Positions 7,886-17,049 of a stretch of 34,173 nt of DNA are shown here, in pieces; the stretch's first letter is position 1, and every line of letters begins with the position of its first letter. The position numbers and the translations under genes were made by a program. Origin of the DNA: Deltaproteobacteria bacterium (GTDB lineage: Bacteria; Myxococcota; JACRCW01); the NCBI GenBank assembly GCA_016218805.1, contig JACRCW010000103.1:1-34173 (forward strand). Reading direction: 5' to 3'. The notes beneath the pieces were generated by a model, which saw only the letters and a program-made list of their open reading frames with translations, made no database searches and had not been told where the DNA came from.

Positions 7886-9925
7886 TTGACCAACGGCCAC
7901 GACGTCCTCGGCGACCTGGCGGTGGTCCTGTGCGTGGCCGCCGTGACGACGGTGGTGTTCCAGCGGCTGCGCCAGCCGGTGGTGCTGGGCTACGTGCTGG
8001 CCGGCATCCTGGCCGGGCCGCAGATGCCCATCAGCCTGGTCAGTGACACCGCCAGCATCCACACGCTGTCTGAACTGGGCGTCACCCTGCTCATGTTCTC
8101 GCTGGGCCTGGAGTTCAGCGTGCGCAAGCTGCTGCGCGTGGGCCTGCGGGCGGCGGTCACCGTGGCCGTGGAAGTGGGCACCATGCTGTGGCTGGGGTTC
8201 AACGCCGGGCGCCTGCTGGGCTGGAGCGTGAAGGAGAGCCTGCTGGCGGGCGGGCTGGTGGCCATCTCGTCAACCATGATTGTTGCCCGTGAACTGGGCG
8301 AGCACCCGGTGGAGTCCCGTCTCAAGTCACTGGTGCTGGGCGTGCTGGTGTTTGAGGACCTGGCGGCCATTGTGCTGCTCACGCTGTTCACGGCCATGGG
8401 GCACGGCCTGGATCCCACCACGGACCGCGTGCTGGACACGCTGGGCCGGATGGGTCTGTTCCTGGGGGTTGTCGTCGTGCTGGGGATGCTGCTGGTCCCG
8501 CGGCTGGTGCGCGCGCTGCTGGCGCTCAAGCGCGCGGAGACGCTGCTGGTGGCCGCGGTGGGACTGTGCTTCCTGATGGCCCTGGTGGCGCGTGAGCTGG
8601 GTTACTCCGTGGCGCTGGGCGCGTTCCTGGCCGGGTCCCTGGTTGCCGAATCCGGTGGCGGGCAGCGCGTGGAAAAGCTGGTGGAGCCGCTGCGGGACCT
8701 GTTTGGCGCGGTGTTCTTTGTGTCCGTGGGGATGCTGGTGGAGCCCGGTACGGCCATGGAGAACCTGGGTGCCGTGGCGCTGCTGGCCGCCGTGGTGGTG
8801 GGCGGCAAGCTGGTGGGCGTGACGCTGGGCTCCTTTCTCACGGGCCACGGCGTGGCCACCAGCCTGCAGGCCGGCCTCACCCTGGGACAGATTGGCGAGT
8901 TCAGCTTCATCATTGCCACGCTGGGGCAGTCCGCGGGCATGGCGGGCCGGCAACTGTTCCCCGTGGCGGTGACGGTGAGCGTGCTGACCACGTTCCTCAC
9001 GCCGTGGCTCATCCGCGCGGCGCGCCCGTTTGCCGCCGCGGTGGACCGCAGGCTGCCGCGGCCGGTGCAGACGTTTGTCACGCTTTACGGGTCCTGGCTG
9101 GACCGCCTGGGCGCCACGTCCACAACCAGGACCACCGCCGTGCGGCGGTTGCTGGGGCTGCTGGCGGCGGACGTGGCGCTGGTGATCACCGTGGTGGTGG
9201 GTACGTCCGTGCTGCTGACGCGGTTGCTGGCGCAGCTGGCCGGTGCCGCGGGTGTGCCGCAGGTGGTGGCGCAGGTGGTGATCCTGGCCAGTGCGCTGTT
9301 GCTGTCACTGCCCGCGTTCTGGGGACTGGTCACCGTGTCCCGCCGCCTGGCGGAGCACCTGTCCCGCACGGCGCTCCCCTCGGGCGAGCGCTCCGTGGAC
9401 ATGGCGCTGGCCCCGCGCCGCGTGTTGGTGCTGAGTCTGCAGTTGGTGATCCTCGTCGTGGCGGGGATCCCGGTGCTGGCGGTGACGCAGCCGTTCCTGC
9501 CGCCGTTTGGCGGGGCGCCGGTGCTGGTGGTGCCGGTGGTGGCGCTGGCCGTGTTGTGGTGGCGCAGCACGCGCAGCCTGGAGGGGCACGTGAAGGCCGG
9601 CGCCATGGCCATCCTGGATGCGCTGGGGCAGGCCGCCACCGTCAGCGCCCTGGCGCCGGACCTCTCCAAGGTGGAGGAGCTGCTGCCGGGGTGCGGGACC
9701 ATGGTCAGCGTGCGCCTGGGCGCGGGTGCGCCGGGCGTGGGGCAGACGCTGGGAACGCTCAACGTGCGCGGGTTGACCGGGGCCACCGTTGTCGCCATTC
9801 AGCGCGGACACGGCGGCATGACGCCCACGGCGCAGGACGTGTTGCGCGAAGGCGATGTGCTGGCCCTCATTGGCACGGATGAAGCGGTGGCCGCCGCGCA
9901 GCACCTGCTGGCGGACCCGGCGTGA
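7886..9925 (+). CDS. CPA2 cation:proton antiporter with C-terminal TrkA-C (RCK_C) domain
   Basis: QPVVLGYVLAG, ELGVTLLMFSLGLEFS, ISSTMI, GVLVFEDL, LGAFLAG, QIGEFSFIIA; C-terminal LNVRGLTGATVVAIQR..LREGDVLALIG. Confidence 0.92.
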   Translation: MTNGHDVLGDLAVVLCVAAVTTVVFQRLRQPVVLGYVLAGILAGPQMPISLVSDTASIHTLSELGVTLLMFSLGLEFSVRKLLRVGLRAAVTVAVEVGTMLWLGFNAGRLLGWSVKESLLAGGLVAISSTMIVARELGEHPVESRLKSLVLGVLVFEDLAAIVLLTLFTAMGHGLDPTTDRVLDTLGRMGLFLGVVVVLGMLLVPRLVRALLALKRAETLLVAAVGLCFLMALVARELGYSVALGAFLAGSLVAESGGGQRVEKLVEPLRDLFGAVFFVSVGMLVEPGTAMENLGAVALLAAVVVGGKLVGVTLGSFLTGHGVATSLQAGLTLGQIGEFSFIIATLGQSAGMAGRQLFPVAVTVSVLTTFLTPWLIRAARPFAAAVDRRLPRPVQTFVTLYGSWLDRLGATSTTRTTAVRRLLGLLAADVALVITVVVGTSVLLTRLLAQLAGAAGVPQVVAQVVILASALLLSLPAFWGLVTVSRRLAEHLSRTALPSGERSVDMALAPRRVLVLSLQLVILVVAGIPVLAVTQPFLPPFGGAPVLVVPVVALAVLWWRSTRSLEGHVKAGAMAILDALGQAATVSALAPDLSKVEELLPGCGTMVSVRLGAGAPGVGQTLGTLNVRGLTGATVVAIQRGHGGMTPTAQDVLREGDVLALIGTDEAVAAAQHLLADPA

Positions 9926-9928
9926 GTC

Positions 9929-10615
9929 TCAGCGCCGGGAGCGGTCCACGGGGATGGCAATGGGCGCACCGGCCGCACCGCCCTGCGCCTGCCCGGCGAC
10001 GAGCTGGCGGTCATGCGCGGGGGGAATGGCCGCATTTCCCCGCAACGCGCGCGCCAGCGCCAGCACCTGCTGCATGAAGCGGTGCGCCTCTTCCGGGGAC
10101 ATCCGGTACGAGCACGCGCGCCGGCAGTGCAGCCCCGCCGCGTCCACGCGGATGGCGGCCAGGTCCGGCCGGAACGCAAACACCGCAATGATGGCCCGCC
10201 GGACGGCCTCCAGCCGCAGCAGCGCGCGCAGCACGTCCGGTTTGTCCGCGGAGGCCCGCACGGCGGCGTCCAGTGTGGGGTCACCGGATTCCACGGCGTG
10301 GGAACCCAGCGTTTCCAGCGCCAGGTGCAGCGGGCGGCGCGGGACCACGTGGATGCTGGTGCGCCCATCCAGCGGGTCCGGCCTGGCCCGCACCTCCATG
10401 CAGCGCCCGTCCCGCCCGTGGCGGGACCAGCGCAGCTCCACGCGGAAGTCGTCCGCCACCCAGGTGACGTTGTCGTCACGGAACAGGCGCGCGGTGGTAG
10501 TGAACCCGTTGGGCTTGGCAAAATACTGCCGGAATTGCTGCCGCTGCCGGTGCCGGGACGCCGCACCCATGGCGGCAAGGGTGCCCATCCCCACCAGGAA
10601 CAGGATCTCAATCAC
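9929..10615 (-). CDS. Hypothetical protein with an N-terminal membrane anchor
   Basis: GTG start 6 nt after the metG stop; hydrophobic N-terminus IEILFLVGMGTLAAMGAA followed by basic residues. Confidence 0.6.
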   Translation of the reverse strand: MIEILFLVGMGTLAAMGAASRHRQRQQFRQYFAKPNGFTTTARLFRDDNVTWVADDFRVELRWSRHGRDGRCMEVRARPDPLDGRTSIHVVPRRPLHLALETLGSHAVESGDPTLDAAVRASADKPDVLRALLRLEAVRRAIIAVFAFRPDLAAIRVDAAGLHCRRACSYRMSPEEAHRFMQQVLALARALRGNAAIPPAHDRQLVAGQAQGGAAGAPIAIPVDRSRR

Positions 10616-10621
10616 CGGCGG

Positions 10622-12727
10622 TCAACGCACCTTGTTCCCGGGGGCCACATCGCCCGCGGGCTGGATGACGCGGCACAACTCGCCGTCGTCGGCGGCCAGC
10701 ACCATGGCTTCGCTCAGGCCAAACTTCATCTGCCGCGGGGCCAGGTTGGCCAGCACCACCACGCGCTTTCCCACCATGTCCGCCGGTGCGTAGCTCTTGC
10801 GAATGCCCGCAAACACGTTCTTCATCCCCAGCGGGCCCAGGTCCACCGTCAGGCGCAGCAGCTTGTCCGCACCCTCCACCAGGTTGGCCTCCTTCACCAG
10901 CCCCACACGCAGGTCCAGCTTGCCAAAATCCTCAATCCCAATGAGCGCGGGCGGCTCCGCCTCCCCCTTCTTCTCCTCCTTCTTCTTCTTGGGCGGCGCG
11001 GCGGCGGCGGCGGTTGTCGTCGGCGTGGTCACGGGGGGAGCGGCCCCGGCCTCCGCGTGGGTGGCCGCCACCAGTGATTCAATGTGTTTCTTCTCCACGC
11101 GTTCAAACAGCCGCACAAAGGGCCCGTATTCCGTCTCCCCACCCAGGTCCGCCTTCCCGTCCCGCGCAATCAGCGGGCGCCACTCGCCGGGTCCGTCGTG
11201 GAGCTTGAACATCCGCGCCACCAGGTCAGCAAAGCGCGGCAGCACCGGGTGCATGGCCACCGCCACCAGTTTCCCCGCGTTGAGCGCAATGGACAGGACC
11301 TGCGCGGCCGCGGCGGGGTCTGTCTTGAGCAGCGCCCAGGGCGCCTTGTCCTGGATGTACTTGTTCACGTAGTCGCTCAGGTCCAGCACCTTGCGGATGG
11401 CCAGGCCGTATTCGCGCTCCGTGTACAGGCGGCCCACCTCCGGCAGGCCGTCACGTTCAAACGCCAGCACCACGTCACGCGCGGCCGCGTCCGTCACGTC
11501 CGCCAGCCGCGGGATGCGCCCGCCCAGCTTCCCGGTGACAATCTGCATGGAGCGGCTGAACAGGTTGGTCAGGTTGTTCACCAGCTCCCCGTTCACCCGG
11601 CCAATGAAATCATCAAAATTCAGGTCCAGGTCCTCCAGCCGCGGGCTGAACTTGCTGCACAGGTAGTAGCGGAACAGCTCCGGTGGGAGCTGGTCCAGGT
11701 AGGTGCGTGCGTTGATGAACGTTCCGCGGGACTTGCTGAGTTTCTCACCGTTGGCGGTGAGCATCCCGTGCGCGTGCACCGCATCCGGCTTGCGAAAGCC
11801 CGCGTCATGCAGCAGCGCGGGCCAGAACAGGATGTGGAAGTACAGGATGTCCTTCCCAATGAAATGGTACAGCTCCGCCGTGCTGTCTTTGCCCCAGAAC
11901 TCCTCCAGCTTGCGGCCGGACCGGGCGCACCACTCGTCGGTGGCGGAGACGTAGCCAATGGGCGCGTCCAGCCAGACGTAGAAGTACTTGTCCTTTTCCC
12001 CGGGAATGCGGAAGCCGAAATACGGCCCATCCCGGCTGATGTCCCACGGCTTGAGTCCCTCCTTCAGCCACGTCTCGGCAAAGTTGCGCACCTCACCCTG
12101 CACGCTGCCTGCGCTGTCCAGCCAGGCGCGCAGCGGGGCTTCGTTCTTGGGAAGGTCATAGAAGTAATGAATGGAATTGCGGGAAACGGGCTTTTCACCG
12201 GTGAGCACGCTTTTGGGGTCAATGAGATCCCGCGGGTCATACGTGCGGCCGCACTTCTCACAACTGTCCCCGTACTGGTCCGGTGACTTGCACACGGGGC
12301 AGGTGCCCTTGATGTAGCGGTCCGGCAGGAAGCGCCCCGCCTTGTGGTCAAACATCTGCTCCACGTCCTTCTGGAAGATGTGCCCCGCCGCACGGGCCTT
12401 CTCGTAGAAGGTCTCCGCCCACCGCCGGTTGGTGTCCGAATTGGTTGACCCATAATGGTCATGGTGCACCAGGAAATCCTTGAAATCCCGCACGTGCTGC
12501 TCGGCGGACTGGCGCACCAGTTCCTCCGGCGTGATGCCGCGCTTGGCCGCGTTGACCTCAATGGCGGTGCCGTGCGTGTCATCCGCGCACAGGAAGATGG
12601 CGTCATTGCCGGCCAGCCGGTGCCCGCGGACAAACACGTCCACCTGCGTGTGTTCCAGCATGTGGCCCAGGTGGATGGGGCCGTTGGCGTAGGGCAGGGC
12701 GGCCGTGACCAGGATGCGCTTGGACAT
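10622..12727 (-). CDS. metG: Methionine--tRNA ligase with C-terminal tRNA-binding domain
   Basis: ALPYANGPIHLGH, Zn knuckle CPVC..CEKC, YVWLDAPIGY, KLSKS, C-terminal OB fold (GADKLL, NLAPRQMKFGLSEAM). Confidence 0.98.
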   Translation of the reverse strand: MSKRILVTAALPYANGPIHLGHMLEHTQVDVFVRGHRLAGNDAIFLCADDTHGTAIEVNAAKRGITPEELVRQSAEQHVRDFKDFLVHHDHYGSTNSDTNRRWAETFYEKARAAGHIFQKDVEQMFDHKAGRFLPDRYIKGTCPVCKSPDQYGDSCEKCGRTYDPRDLIDPKSVLTGEKPVSRNSIHYFYDLPKNEAPLRAWLDSAGSVQGEVRNFAETWLKEGLKPWDISRDGPYFGFRIPGEKDKYFYVWLDAPIGYVSATDEWCARSGRKLEEFWGKDSTAELYHFIGKDILYFHILFWPALLHDAGFRKPDAVHAHGMLTANGEKLSKSRGTFINARTYLDQLPPELFRYYLCSKFSPRLEDLDLNFDDFIGRVNGELVNNLTNLFSRSMQIVTGKLGGRIPRLADVTDAAARDVVLAFERDGLPEVGRLYTEREYGLAIRKVLDLSDYVNKYIQDKAPWALLKTDPAAAAQVLSIALNAGKLVAVAMHPVLPRFADLVARMFKLHDGPGEWRPLIARDGKADLGGETEYGPFVRLFERVEKKHIESLVAATHAEAGAAPPVTTPTTTAAAAAPPKKKKEEKKGEAEPPALIGIEDFGKLDLRVGLVKEANLVEGADKLLRLTVDLGPLGMKNVFAGIRKSYAPADMVGKRVVVLANLAPRQMKFGLSEAMVLAADDGELCRVIQPAGDVAPGNKVR

Positions 12728-12897
12728 GGATGAGAACCTCCGTCGGGGGACTCACTAGGCCAGCATTGCCCGGCGCGTCACGGGCGGATCAACATTGCCC
12801 CGGGACTCCCCCCTTCCCTATGGTGCGCGCGCACGGACGCACCAGCAGGGGGCCCAGCGTCGCGGACGGGTGCGCGTTCCGCGGACGGAGTGACCGT

Positions 12898-14085
12898 ATG
12901 AGGCTCGGCGACCTGCTCGTCCAGGCTGGCTACATCACCGAGGACCAGCTGATGGCGGCCCTGGTGGAACAGCGGAAGTTTGGCGGGCGGCTGGGCGACA
13001 TCCTGGCGCAGAAGGGCTTCTGCTCCGAGGACGCCGTGGCCCGCGCACTGGCCAAGCAGCTGGGGCTCCCGTTTGTGGACCTGGCGCGCGCGCCCATCCC
13101 GCCCAAGCACGTGCTGGCGCGCCTGCCCATTGACGTGTGCCTCCAACTCAACGTGGTGCCGTGCGTGTTCCGGGAGAAGGACAACACGCTGGTGGTGGCG
13201 CTGACCAACCCGCGTGACAAGGACACGGTGAAGAAGCTGGAGGACACCACGCGCTGGAAGATCCAGGTGGCGGTGGCGGGGACCAAGGGCATTGCCAAGG
13301 CGCGGGCCGCTTTCTACGGGCACAAGGATGAGATGTCCCTGGGCGAAGAAGCGCCCGACGCGAGCCTGCTGGACACCCAGGGCCGCACCGTCCGCAAGCG
13401 CGCCGAGGACGTGGAGCGGGAATACGTGGCCCGCAAGGCGCAACGCAGCTCATCCGCCAATGCCATTCCCGCCGTTCCTCCGGGGATGGTCCCCGCCGTC
13501 CCGGTGGCGCCGCCCGTCTCTCCCGGGTGGGGTCCACCTCCGCCGCCGCCGCACCCCATGGTGGCGCAGGGTTACCCGGTAGGCCCGCCGCCGCCCGCGG
13601 TGGCGCAGGGTTACCCGGTGGCTGCCACGCCGCCACCACCGCCGCTCGTGCAGGGGACGGTGCAGGAGATCCGCGGATTCACGGATTCGCAGGGGCGCAC
13701 CGCCATCAAGAGCGTGCAGGCGATCATGGAGGAGGCGCGGCAGAAGAAGCTGGCGGAGGCCGCCCGCCTGGAGGCGCAGGCGGAAGAGGCCAAGAAGGCC
13801 AAGAAGAAGCCGCCCAAGCTGCCGGCTGACGCCGAGTCTGACGCATTTGCCCCGGCGGGTTCCAAGGCGCCGGTGGACACGGCGGGGCTGGCAGACCCCG
13901 CGGTGACCACGGCGGAGGACGCCGCCGAGCCCGGGCCCACGCGCGAGGAACTGCTGGCCACCATTGAAGCGCTGCGCGCCGAGGTGCATGCGCTCAAGGC
14001 GGTGGCGGTGGTCCTGTTCCGCAAGGGGTACGTCACCCCCGCGGAGTACCAGGCCCAGATGGCGAATTCCGTGACTTCCGCCTGA
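12898..14085 (+). CDS. Stand-alone MshEN / T2SSE_N domain protein (candidate c-di-GMP receptor)
   Basis: Tandem motifs RLGDLLVQAGYITEDQLMAALVEQ and RLGDILAQKGFCSEDAVARALAKQ separated by 5 aa; no Walker motifs downstream; GGAG before ATG 12898. Confidence 0.85.
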   Translation: MRLGDLLVQAGYITEDQLMAALVEQRKFGGRLGDILAQKGFCSEDAVARALAKQLGLPFVDLARAPIPPKHVLARLPIDVCLQLNVVPCVFREKDNTLVVALTNPRDKDTVKKLEDTTRWKIQVAVAGTKGIAKARAAFYGHKDEMSLGEEAPDASLLDTQGRTVRKRAEDVEREYVARKAQRSSSANAIPAVPPGMVPAVPVAPPVSPGWGPPPPPPHPMVAQGYPVGPPPPAVAQGYPVAATPPPPPLVQGTVQEIRGFTDSQGRTAIKSVQAIMEEARQKKLAEAARLEAQAEEAKKAKKKPPKLPADAESDAFAPAGSKAPVDTAGLADPAVTTAEDAAEPGPTREELLATIEALRAEVHALKAVAVVLFRKGYVTPAEYQAQMANSVTSA

Positions 14086-14641
14086 GCGGCTCTGACGCCG
14101 CCACCCACGCGGAGAATGCCGCGAAATCCAGCACACGGCCATGCCAGCCCGGCGTCATGTCCACCCATTTCCAGAGATTCATGCTGTCCGTGGGCGTGCG
14201 GATGCACGGCAGTGCGGGCGGGGGGGAGCTGAACGCGCCGTCCGGCCCGCGCATGTGTGACCGGTCCGAGGCAAAGTGCGCCCGCAGCGTGGCGACGTCC
14301 ACCACGCGGAACCACGGGTGCCACACCGGGTCCGCCGTGGCCACGTGCGGGAACGCGCGCGCGAGGTACTCCGCCGCCGCGCACGGAAACGCCAGCGTGC
14401 TGTCCAGGTCAAACACCTGCCAACTCCCACCGCGGCGCCCCACCACCACGACGTGATAATCCCAGCAGACCGGCTCGGCGGGGGAGGGCGCGGCGCGCTG
14501 GCAGAACACGGGACAGGCCCGCGCGGGGTTGGAGATGAACACCACGTGCACGTCGTCCGCGGCCAGGGCGGGGTCCGCGGCCAGCCGCCAGGCGTTCTCT
14601 TCACAGTAATGGGCGGCGTACCAGGCGGGCCGGGCGGTCAC
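14033..14641 (-). CDS. Protein N-terminal glutamine amidohydrolase (NTAQ1/WDYHV family) homolog
   Basis: YCEEN, VFISN, WDYHV, DLDSTL, FASDRSHM and PP..PCI in family order. The GTG start at 14641 is approximate. Confidence 0.88.
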   Translation of the reverse strand: MTARPAWYAAHYCEENAWRLAADPALAADDVHVVFISNPARACPVFCQRAAPSPAEPVCWDYHVVVVGRRGGSWQVFDLDSTLAFPCAAAEYLARAFPHVATADPVWHPWFRVVDVATLRAHFASDRSHMRGPDGAFSSPPPALPCIRTPTDSMNLWKWVDMTPGWHGRVLDFAAFSAWVAASEPLRRKSRNSPSGPGTPRG

Positions 14642-14886
14642 GCGCCCGTGCCTACCACGCCCCCGCGCGATCCGCGCGCGCACCCCCGCCCGCGTGGCTG
14701 GATTCCCCTTGCCGATCAACAGCGTGCCCCGCGCGCCACCGCGGGGTGTTGCCCGCGGTAGCCGTCCTGCTAGCGTCCGCCCGCCCCCCGGGAGGGCCCG
14801 CGATTAACGTCATTTGGCGCGGTCTCTGCCCCGCTCCCCATGCCCGGGGTGCGGAGCCCTTCAGTGGCCTCCCGGGGCGCGGAGCC

Positions 14887-17049
14887 ATGCGCATCGCGTT
14901 CACGCACAATCTCAAGCTCACGCAGGATGCCTCAGAAGCGGAGTTTGACACTCCGGCCACCGTGGATGCCGTCACCCGGGCGCTGCAGTCCCTGGGTCAC
15001 GTCGTGGAAAAGGTGGAAGTGGGCGGTCCCGCCAGCCATCTGGTGGCGCGGCTGGAGGCCTTCAGCCCGGACATTGTCTTCAACACCGCGGAGGGCCGCG
15101 CCGGACGTGCGCGGGAAGCGTTCTATCCCGCGCTCTTTGAGCAGCTGCGCATCCCGTATACCGGGTCGGACGCGTACACCTGCACGCTGACGCTGGACAA
15201 GAACCTGTCCAAGCTCGTTGTGGCGCAGGCGGGCGTGGACGTGGCGCAGGGCCGCGTGCTCAAGCAGCTGGAGGACCTGCCGCAGGGACCGCTGTTCTTT
15301 CCCTGCCTGGTCAAGCCCAACCATGAAGGCTCCTCCAAGTTCATCTCGGATGAGAACGTTGCGGGTGACCGTTCAGACCTCAAGAAGATTGTGGAGCGCG
15401 CGCTCAAGGAGTGCCCGGACGGTGTGTTGGTGGAACAGTTCATTCCCGGCCGGGACATCACGGTGGATTTCCTGGAGGGTCCGCACGGCGTGCTGGAACC
15501 CGTGGATTACGCCGTGGATGCCTCCTACAAGCGGAAATACAATCTCTATGATTTCCGCCTGAAGAACGAGTTGGCGCACCTTGTCCAGGTCCGCTGTCCC
15601 GCGCTCATTCCGCGTGACGTGGCGGCGCGCGTCCAGGCGGTGGCCCGCGTGGTGTTCAAGGCGCTGGGCATCCGGGACACCGCGCGCGCGGACTTCCGCC
15701 TGGGTGATGACGGGCGCGTATATTTCCTGGAATGCAACGCGCTGCCGTCCCTGGCGCCGGGCAACAGCCTGTACCAGGCCGGCAAGCGCGTGGGCCTGGA
15801 TGAGACGCAGGTGGTGGGCTCCATCCTCCGCTCCGCCGCCGCGCGCGCGGGCCTGCTCAAGGAGGCCCCCGCGGAGCCGGTCAAGAAGAAGGCCGCGTTG
15901 CGGGTGGGGTTTGCGTACAACATCAAACGCATCAAGCCCACGCAGGACGGCAGCGCCGGTGACGAAGAGGCCGAATTCGACTCCGAGGGCACGCTGGACG
16001 CCATTGCCAAGGCGATTGCGTCCCACGGGCACGAGGTGGTGCGCCTGGAGGCCAATCCGGACCTGCCGCGGGCGCTGATGGCCAACCCGGTGGACGTGGT
16101 GTTCAACATTGCGGAGGGTTTTGGCGGACGCGCGCGCGAGGCGCACGTTCCCGCCATGCTGGAGCTGCTGGCCATCCCGTACACCGGGTCTGACGCCGCC
16201 ACGCTGGCCGTGGCACTGGACAAGGCGCTGGCCAAGCGGGTGCTCAAGCAGCATGACATCCCCACGCCCGCGTTCATGGTGATGAACACGGGCAAGGAGC
16301 GGTTGGATAAGTCACTCAGATTCCCGCTCATTGTGAAGCCCAACGCGGAAGGGACCAGCAAGGGCATAGGCCCCACGTCCGTGGTGGACAATGAAGCGGA
16401 ACTGCGCGAGCGCGCGCGCGAACTCATTGAGCGGTACAACGGCCGCGCGCTGGTTGAGGAGTACATCTCCGGACGGGAGTTCACCATTGGCCTGCTGGGG
16501 GACCCGCATCCCAAGGTCCTGCCGCCCATGGAGATTGTCTTCACGGATCCCAACGTGAAACGCCCGCTGTATGACTTTGCCATCAAGCAGGACTGGAACA
16601 AACACGTGCAATACATCTGCCCGGCGCAGGTGACGCCGCAGATCCAACGCAAGCTGGAGCGCGTGGCAGAGGACACCTTTGAAGCGCTGGACTGCCGGGA
16701 CGTGGCCCGCGTGGACGTGCGCCTGAGCGAGGACGGCATTCCCTACGTGCTGGAGGTCAACCCGCTGCCCGGTCTCACGCCCGGCTTTTCGGACCTGGTG
16801 CTCATAGCCCGCGCGGCCGGTGTGGATTACCACGGCCTCATTGGTGAGATCCTGGCTGGCGCCATCCGCCGCCTCAAGCTGCAAAAAGCCGGATTCAAGA
16901 CCGGCAAGAGCAAGCCGCCCAAGGCGCCCGTGACGGCGCCCGCGCCGGCCGGCACCGCGGGGGGCGGTGCGGTGGCCGGGCAGAATGGCAGCGCGTCCAC
17001 GCCCCCCATGCCGGCGCCGGCGGAGGGCAAGCCACCGGTGATCCCGTGA
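14887..17049 (+). CDS. Tandem (two-domain) D-Ala-D-Ala ligase-like ATP-grasp protein
   Basis: Two homologous halves, each with EAEFD, FN.AEG, PYTGSDA, LDK, VKPN.EG.SK, D.AR.D.RL and LE.N.LP. GGAG RBS before ATG 14887. Confidence 0.88.
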   Translation: MRIAFTHNLKLTQDASEAEFDTPATVDAVTRALQSLGHVVEKVEVGGPASHLVARLEAFSPDIVFNTAEGRAGRAREAFYPALFEQLRIPYTGSDAYTCTLTLDKNLSKLVVAQAGVDVAQGRVLKQLEDLPQGPLFFPCLVKPNHEGSSKFISDENVAGDRSDLKKIVERALKECPDGVLVEQFIPGRDITVDFLEGPHGVLEPVDYAVDASYKRKYNLYDFRLKNELAHLVQVRCPALIPRDVAARVQAVARVVFKALGIRDTARADFRLGDDGRVYFLECNALPSLAPGNSLYQAGKRVGLDETQVVGSILRSAAARAGLLKEAPAEPVKKKAALRVGFAYNIKRIKPTQDGSAGDEEAEFDSEGTLDAIAKAIASHGHEVVRLEANPDLPRALMANPVDVVFNIAEGFGGRAREAHVPAMLELLAIPYTGSDAATLAVALDKALAKRVLKQHDIPTPAFMVMNTGKERLDKSLRFPLIVKPNAEGTSKGIGPTSVVDNEAELRERARELIERYNGRALVEEYISGREFTIGLLGDPHPKVLPPMEIVFTDPNVKRPLYDFAIKQDWNKHVQYICPAQVTPQIQRKLERVAEDTFEALDCRDVARVDVRLSEDGIPYVLEVNPLPGLTPGFSDLVLIARAAGVDYHGLIGEILAGAIRRLKLQKAGFKTGKSKPPKAPVTAPAPAGTAGGGAVAGQNGSASTPPMPAPAEGKPPVIP

